This document shows, one piece after another, positions 47,366 through 64,000 of a stretch of 64,000 bases of DNA. A program made the position numbers and the translations under genes. A model generated the notes under the pieces. The model made no database searches. It had not been told where the DNA came from and saw only the letters and a list, made by a program, of their open reading frames with translations. The DNA comes from Camelus dromedarius (Eukaryota): positions 105,216,001 through 105,280,000 of the forward strand of contig NC_087436.1 in assembly GCF_036321535.1 (NCBI RefSeq), written 5' to 3'. Each line of letters starts with the position of its first letter. Positions within the stretch are counted from its first letter, which is position 1.

Positions 47366-50300
47366 TCTCTTCATTCAGAGTCAAAGGCTTTTTCTACCGT
47401 GTTCCTCTGTAGATTATTTCAAATTTCCACGTCAGCGATGACAACTTGCCCTCTCTGGGCCACAGACTTTCGAAACTTAAGGGTAGTAATGTTTGCCCCC
47501 CCAAACATATTAAGGAGGATGCTGTCCTCGCAGATGAGCAGCATTTAAGCTAGAGAGTCAGGGACTCCTTCATTTCCAACTCACCGACAGCACGGAGAGC
47601 AAGTGTAGCTGGATGGTGAATTGCTTAGAAACTGTACCAGAGCAGCGGTGACCTCAGTTTAAACCAGTGCCTGGGTTTAAAGGCAGTTTCTGATTGCCTG
47701 TAAGCGCTGCAATTTAAAACAAACACGTGAAAGTTAGAACAGATTTCTGGATTGTTCCCAACGCCACACTGAGATTAAAGGAGATTATATTTACCCTGAC
47801 AGGCATCTGGGCATAAGCATCACCGAATCTGGTTAAACCAGTTCCTGCAGCCAGGGGATCAGCCCTAAATGTTTATTCAACTTTATGACTCTTGGGGAAG
47901 ACAAGGCTACCCGATTTTTCCACTGTTTCTGAAAGCCTCAGTAGTTCCAGAAGCCTTCACTGTCAGGTGGAAATTGTGTAATCAGAGCTGAGGCGCAGCC
48001 AGGGTTCCTGGAGTCAGAGGAAAAATAAACACATCTCTTTGCATACAGAGTAGATTAGCTGCTTCTTTTTGATATCACATGCTTTCAATTTTCAGGTCTA
48101 AAAAAAAAAAACACAAGGCGACCTGCAGAGGCCCCAGCCACCGACTGCCAGATTAGCATTTCACTGGCTGGAACTGGATGTCAGGATTCTGAACAAATAC
48201 CTTTTGAAATGTCGCTTAGTTTCTCAGGGACTCAGGTTTGGATAAATCTCTTACTATTACCCAGTGACCTCAGGTGCCTTTTCTTCTCAAAGCCAGATCA
48301 ACCCCTCGGGTGTCACACAACAGAAAACTTTAAAATAGCCTTTGATTCCAAATCTGGCACCCTGCTCCGGGAAAGATGATATCCAATCTAGAAATTTATG
48401 CAATAATCCAAACCCATAAGCACAGATGTACGCTTTATTTCATCATCTAAAACCAAAACTCCCAAAGCGCCATTAATACACATAGACAGCTGCTCGGATA
48501 GAAGCTGAATCTGTAACTAACAGAATTTGTACCGCACTTTTCACAAAATACATACACGTTATTTCGCCCCTGTCATAAACCTCTGAAGCTGGCATTATCA
48601 CGTATTTTACACGTGGAGAGAAGGCTAGTCTGGGAGGTTGCAAGATCCGCCCAAGGACATGGAGAGGGGCAGAGTCAGGACTTAAATACAGGTCTACTGC
48701 AAATACTACTTAAATACAGGTCTACTCAAACTCTTAGTCAAAAGAGAATTTTGACCCACCTTCTATTTATTAAAAATAAGCAATATTAGGACATAAGTAA
48801 ATTTATAGCCAAAAGTGACATCTGTTGTCTTACTTAGTGCTAGAACAGAAACTTTAAAGCTTAAGGATTTATTTCCTCAAAGAACTCCTTACACGGATTC
48901 TGAAGCAGGTTAAAATCTACTGGATAAAATGATTAATAATGCAACTTGCTTAGACAAATGTATTTTTGTTACATGCTTTCACAGTTCAAGCCGTGGTTCC
49001 ACTTAACACTTAGCGACCTTCTCAGCACTGAGTGAAAGCACAATTGCTCGCAATGAAGGAAAGCTCGCAGGAGTCAAACATGACTTTGTTCCAAGTTAAG
49101 TGTTTTGTTCCTGAGACTTCGTGCTTAATTACTACCATCTAGGACAATAATCTTTTGATATTGTGACAAATTAGTACATTTGCTTGATGGAAACCAACTC
49201 ATCATCATCATCAACAAGGAGGCCTAATTAAGAAAAACTCACTGATGAAAAACGTGGGACAAGAATTAGGTTTTCAAAGAAATGCGGGTGATCTAACCAC
49301 ACTCTGTAAATGAGGATATTTTCTGATTTTGTGAAGAGATTTCCTGCTGCCACAATTCTCTGGCTTTTTGGGGACTTCCTCCTCTACCATGATGAATTCT
49401 TCAATAAAAATTAAATCTCTCTTATCTGACTTCTGCTGTAAACACAATATGAAGTAGGTATGAAATATTCTTGCCAAAAATGTTTAACCTGAAACTGTTC
49501 AAGCTTTTAGATCTCACTCCCAGTTTATAGGAAATACAGGGGATAGAGGATGAAATTGAATACTAAGAAGTCTTATGAGACAAATCCAGAATGGCGGATA
49601 TCCCCAGGGTTAATGTCACGGGAAAAGTGAAGGAACTGTCCCAAATTAAAAGATAGAACAAACAAATGCAATGTATAAAACTTGGTTGAATCTCAACTCA
49701 AAGTGGTATAGCTGTAAAATATATATTTGGTGAAAAACAGAAGATATTTGAAAATGGTTTATATAAGTAGGGTTTTTTGTTAATTTTCTTAAGAGAGACG
49801 ATGCTGTGGTAAGTAGAATGACCTTATCCCCTCCTCTCTTTCAATGCAGCCTCTCAACATGGCTAGCCTGGGCGTCCTCACAGCATGGTGGACTCTGGAT
49901 AGCTGGACTTCTTACTTGGCAGCTGACTTCCCAGGCTGAGTGGGGGCTACCAGGCTTCTTAAAGGCTAAGCCCCAAAATAGCATCACTGCACGTTCATTA
50001 CATTCTGATGGTCAAAGCCAGCTGCAAGGCCAGCCCAGACTGAAAAGGGCAAGAGGTGGATTCCACTTCCTGATAGGTGGAAAAGTACATGCTTACAAAG
50101 AGGGAAGGAAGTGAGGACAACCATTTTTGGAGACCAGTTACTCCCTTTCCTCCAAAGAACAGATTAAATATATTAAGAGGTTGAATGAAAGCCACACACT
50201 CCACAATGCAACAGGAATCTAGATATTGAAAATATGCTTCTATTATACATAAGAAAAATGTTGAGAGCTCACGTCAAAGTCAGTGAAGCATTTTGTTTAC

Positions 50301-52069
50301 AAAGCATTTAGTTTCCCTTCCCTGTGTGCAAGGAATTTACAGTCTAAGAGGCAAAGGTAGAAATGTGCACACATGAAGATTAAGACATTATTCCCTAGAA
50401 AATACTTTATTTTGATCTGTTATCATTTCCCGATTTTCCTTCTGCCTTGGAGCAGTATCTAAAGAGCGAATCCAAGACCTAAATTGTATTTTACTGATTT
50501 TTGTATTCCTACTGCCTTTTGGAGAATCTGGCATGCAATGAGTACTCAGCAAATGTTCGTTGAACTCAGTGAGTGATTTATATCCGTCACACAAACTGTT
50601 GTCCATTCAGGAGCTGGGATTTTAGGAAACAATAAAGGGCTAAAGCAAACTCATGTATTTGCCGTGACTGAGGAATGGGCTGTTCCAGTACATGACTATG
50701 TGGAACAGAACCAAGAGCCCAGTAGTAAGCAAGACATTTATCTCAGTTATCAAAAGAATTATGACAAATCCAGGTTGAAAGGTCCTACACGTTAAGAAGA
50801 ATGCCTCTCAGGCCTCACTACAGGAAATATTTACAGATGGGTGTTCCTATTACTTCAGCCTTCCATCTGGGATAAGACCAGGAGGTGGCTGGGACTGCAG
50901 TAATGGCTGAGGTAGAGGCTGGTCCTGGTCACATTCAGGGAGAGTAATGCATCTGGGGGTGCTTAAAAGCCTTTTCTTTCGGGTAGTGTTTTGGTCTGAA
51001 TTGTGTCCCCGTCCAAAATTCATATGCCGAAGCCCTAACCCCCATGCGACTGTATTTGGAGATACAGCCTTTAAAAAAAGGTTGGTGAAGATGGAATCAC
51101 TGTGATTTCTCTTTTGCTATCCTAGCTGCTTGATGGGGACTAGGGATTAAAAAAACTATCCACTGCTGCTGCCATCCAGCCTCCTATGATTGGTTTTTGA
51201 TTTTTTGTTTTAAAATGGTTTGTATTTTTATATTTACACTATAATGCTCAGGATAGGCCTACAGAAAGTTTTAACAAATAAATGCAAAAAATGTTAGTGA
51301 CTAAACACAAGCACCTGTTTCTTGCTCACGTCACAGTCCAGCGCAGTCAGCGCGCTCTCCTGGTACGTTTCCAAGCAGTGACTCATGTGCTCTGGCTGCT
51401 TCCACTTTGCAAGTTCTTTGTTTATAGCCAAATGGGAAGGCAAGAGAGTGGCCAACCATGACCACTGGTTGTGATGCAGTGAGTTTTACTGCCAGGTCTG
51501 GAAGTCACGTAGATCCCTTATCCCCACATCTCACTGGCCAGAACACAGTCACGTGGAACCAAACTAACCACATGAGAGGCTTGGAAACAGAGGGACAACA
51601 CGGGAGAATCTTCCCACAACTCTACAGCTGCCCGAGAAACTTTGGGAAAGAAGGTCGACTGTAAAACATAAAATGCTGCCTGTCCCTTCATGTATCTGTG
51701 GAAGGATTTAAGATATAATCTGATCAAAGAACTGGTCACTGTTGTTTTTAATAAGGTTTTAATTCCTTTAGTACAAAACTTCAAATTAAAAAAAATTTTC
51801 CTGAATCAAACTGTTTTCAGAACTGCAAAAACATGTTTCCAGAGTCGTCAACTGTTGACAAATTTGGGGGAGAATAAGGCAGCATATATTTAAATAAGAA
51901 TTAAAATGTCTCTAATTATAAAGATTCCAGTTAACCATGTCTTTTGGAATGACCAAGAATTAAACTATACTAATACATGAAGTAAGAAAATGGTGGTTTG
52001 GCATCATTTATAAACATAAATGTGTTCACAAGCATTCTAAATATTCCATAGACATACTTCAGGAGAAGT

Positions 52070-53968
52070 CTAATCTTAAGGCAGTTATTTTTATTACCTT
52101 TAGTCTACCATGTTTGACACTATAAATATACTCGCTGAAAAAATTAACACAATATTTAAATAAGAATGAAGCTCATGAAAATTTACAAAATATAAGCAAT
52201 GTACTCTGACTTGTAATCACATCTTAAATATTTCAACTTTACCCTTTTGGCCTGGTCAGGCCATTTAAAAATATTTCCACACTATTTTAATTTTAGGATA
52301 TAAAACAGAAGCAACTCACTAAGTTTCCACTATAAAAATTAATATAGCAATCCTCAAAATACTGAAAAAAACTGATGAAAGCAGTACCCACATCATAACA
52401 ACTTATTTCAATAAGAATACACCCTCAAAAGGCACGTTTTAATTACTAGTATTCATCTAAAGATAGTAGCTTGAGTTTTGAATTTCCAGTCCATTTTCCA
52501 TCATCTCAACATTAAGAGCACGGAGAGTCAGGGAGGGAGGCGAGCACGGCATCTGGCGGACATCTACCAGGACGGCAGTGTTCTCACGCATCACATCCAC
52601 GAAGGCCAGGGGAAAGGCGTGAGGGGAGAGATGACGGCACATCTGACTTCCATCCTAATTTCAACTTCAGGAAATACTTTCTACACAAAAATAACTTTAA
52701 AAATTACAGGACAGAATGCTTAAAAAACAAAAGGCCAAACTGCCCAGTTTAGTACATGGGGTGATGTTATTTCTTTGAAGCGGAGAAGAGAATGAAGCTT
52801 CTTTGGGATCAAATCTTCACACTGGGCTCATCTCAACTTAAATCACTTGATGAGTTAAAAGTGCTACAGATACCCAGGATGTCAGACATACTGATACTCA
52901 AAATCAAATTAAAATGATTTTATAGTTAGCTCTGTCATGTTCCCCTTTGATTGGGGCTGATACTCTAAAAGGTGACTGTAATTATAATAACATCAGTAAT
53001 TTCAAGTACCCTACAATACTACTATTATTTTTAAGAGGTTATGTCCTAGGACTCCAAAAATGCAATCCAATATACGGTTTGAGTTACGGTTTACCTTTCA
53101 GTGAAGTTGAACGCTAACGGAAATACTAAGTTGAACCAGTCAGTACTCTGAGGTACTAACTGACTCCGCATGAGGTACTGATTCCATGCAAGAAACAGAA
53201 GGGAATTTTTAACGATATTTTGGAATTTCAAAATATTAGGGATCTATCTTAATTTCATATTATTCCCCTCAAGTCTGTTTAGTGTTTCCATTTTTTTTTT
53301 TAGAAAGGGAGATAACCTTAAGATTTTTTCCCTCACTATAACAAACTAATTGACCAAAAATACTTTGAAGTACAAAAAAGAGAAAATGGTCATCTGTAAC
53401 TTAAACAAAATGTAATTTTCTGGTCCCTAATAATGGTTACTTTAAGAGCATTTATTCAAGTTCTAAAATAGCAGCTTTTAAAATTAAGGCAACATTGCTT
53501 TATTCTTACCTATTTTTCTATTAACTACTCTATTAAAGTTTCTAAGAGCAGTTTCAACCTGAAAGGCCTTATATAATGTAAGATGAGTTAACATGAACAT
53601 TCTTCTCAGTGTTTAAAAGGTACATAAAAAGTTACTGTATTCAAAGTCAACACACACCTCATTTTTTGGTTTGGGATTCTAAAGTAATTACAGTCGTTTC
53701 AGAATGTGTAAACTATGAAATCACCTCTTCAACTAACATCAACAACATAAAATACAATTTTTCTACAAAAATATGATGTAAGAGATACATCACTTCTTCC
53801 CTGAAATAGAAATTTAATATTTGGACAAAGAAACTGTAAACTTTGAGTACTGTTAAAATGTATTATATGAGGTTTTGGCAACTGGAGCTCTTAACAGAGA
53901 TCACACCACTGTCATGTTTTAACAACATGAAAATGCCAAATAGTTTGTTTTTCTCACTCGTGCATCTG
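52070..53968 (-). other. PI4K2B: Probable PI4K2B 3' UTR with candidate AATAAA signals at 53499-53504, 53451-53456 and 52090-52095
   Basis: AT-rich stretch without recognisable interspersed repeats after the stop codon; tttatt hexamers on the + strand. The true end is not determinable from sequence alone. Confidence 0.6.
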
Positions 53969-61185
<7,217 letters not shown>

Positions 61186-62849
61186 TTATAAGTGGGGGGA
61201 AATGGTTTATTTCGATCCACATTACCCTGTTTTTTTCCTACAATTCCTAGATTAAAAAAGAAAAAAAAGGAGAAAGGTTATCAGAGAGAACAATTATTCT
61301 TTGCCATCTAAATCATTCAGATTTCTAAGTTTGGATGGTTAATTCAGATAGTAAAATACACTAAGGTATTAACTGAACTAGTTAGGTTTCTGAGTTTTAA
61401 ACAGTAAACAGTTTTGATAATGAGTCTATCTCAAACAGCCCTATATCAAAAACTATATCTGAATCTCTGGTTTCTGTGTTTGGAAATTGAGAGGTACCCA
61501 TAATTTATTCACATCCCCAGATCCCCAGATGACTGGTCTCCCTGCCTTTCCAGCCACAAATTATCAAGAACTGACCACTCATTTGTGTCTGTGTGTGTGT
61601 ATGTTCCAAAATTTTAAATCATTAGTATGTAAATAGGGAAGTGGCTTTGAAGGGTAAAAGATCCATGACTCTGGGCTAACTTAGTTCTCTCCCAAGAAGA
61701 CCATTAAATCTACACAGTGTCAGGACTACAAAGATTTATAAAGGAGTAGGATCTTCTAGACAGAATGCAGATTCAGATTCCTGCAAGAAAGTGTAAGGTT
61801 TCTGACAATATGATCACCCATAGAACTACAGTGGATACATCCAATGAGAACTTCCAGATTTGATGGCTTCTACCACTTAGAAAGCCCTGAGGGGAGAAAA
61901 AAATCTGCCTTTAGAGTCATTCCTTCTTAAGTCTCTTTTATCTATCTCTTTGAACACTGTGGGAAGTAGAGTCCATTCCAAAGAAAGCCTTTGCTCTGGG
62001 TTACATCTCCCTGAAGCTAAGAACAAGTTCCTTTTATCTTTCCCTGACCAATTACATAAAAGAAAAGCCTGTATGCTATGCCTGCCTCTGCTTCCAACTC
62101 CTATCCCTCAACTTTGACTATCACCTTTCAGACTCTCCCCTAAGACCACCGGTCTTCTCTCCGAAGGCCCATCGCAGTCCTCATGCTACCTAATGTCTCT
62201 GCAGCAACACACTGCTCTCTATCACCTCCCTCTGGGAAATTCTCTTCTATGTGGTTTTGGAGATATTGCTCTCAAAGTTCACTTTCTGTCTTTTAAGCCA
62301 TTTCTCTCATTTCCTGACTTTTCCTCTGGTTTTCAACATTACCATTCCCTTACTCAGTCCTTTCTCGCCTTCATTTACTAAATGTTCACGAAACATTTAT
62401 TGAGTACCTATGTACCTCACATTGCCCTAGTGATGTATTTGCTCACCATCATTTCCCCGGTGATAGCAAACACTGCATGGCTTCCACTTACCAAGGTGAC
62501 ATTTTAAAATGATATCCTTAATACCAATTCCTCTTTCAAGTTCCAAACCCTTAATCCCCAACTGTATGCTTGGTAAAAATTTCCAGATGTACTGTAGGCA
62601 CCTTAAACTTGACACTTTTAAAATGCAATTTGCATATAGATTCCAAACTATTAGAGGAAAGAAGTAAAAGAAAGACATTTCAAGTCAGCTCAATTAAAGA
62701 CAAGAAAGGAAAAAAAGAAAAAAATGAAATTCATGGTAAATAGAAAAAAAAGATAGCAGGAAAAGTTCAAACACATCAGTAGTTTATTGAGACTTAAACC
62801 AGAGTTAAGTGTACCTATTAAAAGAATCTCAGAGAAGTATATAAATAAG

Positions 62850-64000
62850 AATTTCTGGTAAAGATGGCAGAGTAGTAGGACCACGAGTTCGCTTCTCCTC
62901 AAGACTACAACAAAACCACGACTGACTGCTAAACAACCATTGGAAAAAAAAAAAAAAACTGGAACCAAGCAAAACAGATCTTCTTCAACTGGAAACATAA
63001 AGAGAGAACCATAGTGGGATGGTCGGAGGGGTATGCTCGCGATATAATTGGGCTCCAAACTCCCCGGGTGGGTAACCCACAAGCTGAAGAATAATTAAGT
63101 TGCAGAGGCCCTCCCACAGGAGTGAGAGTTCTGAACCTCACATCAGGCTCCCCAGCCCAGGGTTCTGGCATTGGCAGAAGGAGGGGACCCCAGGACATCT
63201 GGTTTTGAAGGCCAGTGGGGCTCAACTCCAGGAACCCCATGGGTCTGGGGGAAACACTTCATTCTCTCGGGAAGCATACACAGAGTCTCGCGTGTGCCAG
63301 GTCCAAGGGCAGAGGCAGTGATTTCATAGGAACCTGGACCAGACCTGCCTGCTGGTTTTAGAGGGTCTCCTGGGGAGGTAGGGGATGGCTGCAGCTCACC
63401 CGGTGGACATAAAAGCTGGTGGCAGGCATCCCGGGAGTGTTCATCTACATGAGCTTTCTTGGAAGCTGACATCTTGATTGGATCATTCACACCAAGACCT
63501 AGCCCCACCCAACAGCCTATAAGCTTAAGGGCTGGGAAGCCTCAGATCAAACAATATACTGGGTGGGAACATAGCCCCACCTATCAGCAGACTTCCTGAG
63601 CCACAAACACTTCTAGACATAACCCTAGACACAGCCCTACCTACCTGAGGTCCAGGAACAAGCTTCACCCCACAGTGGGCAGGCACCAACACCTGCCAGG
63701 AAACCTGCATAAGCCTCTAGTCCAGCCTCATCCACCAGGGGCAGATGCCAGCAATGAGAAAATAATAATCACAAAGCCTGTGGAAGGAGTCCACTAACAC
63801 AGGCCAGACTCTACCCTGGGACAGGCTGGACACTGGCCCTTGGGTGACAGAGAGAAGCATACTGCTGGGACACACAGGATGTATCCCACAGAGAGGCACC
63901 TCTCCAAAGTCGAGGAATGTAACTAACCTGCCTAAAAATACCAATAGAAAGGTAGACAACATGAGGTGGCAGAGGAATATCTCCCAGCCTGAGGCACAAG
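62850..64000 (+). mobile_element. L1 5'UTR and start of ORF1 (continues beyond the window), in a PI4K2B intron
   Basis: Homologous to the reverse complement of 36635-37575; YY1-like AAGATGGC at the 5' end; ATG AGG TGG CAG AGG AAT at 63961. Confidence 0.85.

Overview
Mammalian genomic DNA, most likely a camelid: five copies of a tRNA-derived SINE with the Vic-1-type head GGGGAGGGTATAGCTCAGTGGTAGAG, plus artiodactyl-type L1 ends. Two protein-coding genes lie on the minus strand. (1) ZCCHC4, the 28S rRNA m6A methyltransferase, is complete. I assembled 13 coding exons by hand from ATG 42319 to TAA 1017. All introns are GT-AG, phases agree, and the CDS is 1542 nt (513 aa + stop) with a GRF-type zinc finger, the DPPF catalytic motif and a CCHC knuckle. 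Its promoter is a CpG-rich island at about 42150-42560. (2) The last three coding exons and 3' UTR of PI4K2B (61163 to stop 53969); the rest of that gene lies beyond the window. Most other sequence is intronic or intergenic and repeat-rich (L1, L2, L3/CR1, MIR, MaLR/ERV LTRs, hAT and Tc2 fossils). Most ORFs in the supplied track are spurious. I found no convincing new gene system. The most unusual structure is a 3.0-kb composite retro-insertion in ZCCHC4 intron 3. It has an L1 5'UTR and ORF1, inverted ORF2 scraps and an unrelated older L1 3' end, all inside one perfect 17-bp TSD, which is a half-L1 (HAL1)-like or transduction chimera. Also notable are one L1-endonuclease site used twice, paired let-7 seed sites that depend on poly(A) site choice in PI4K2B, and an in-frame upstream ATG in ZCCHC4. 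Gene and repeat family names come from recognition, not database searches; repeat boundaries are approximate unless a TSD is given.
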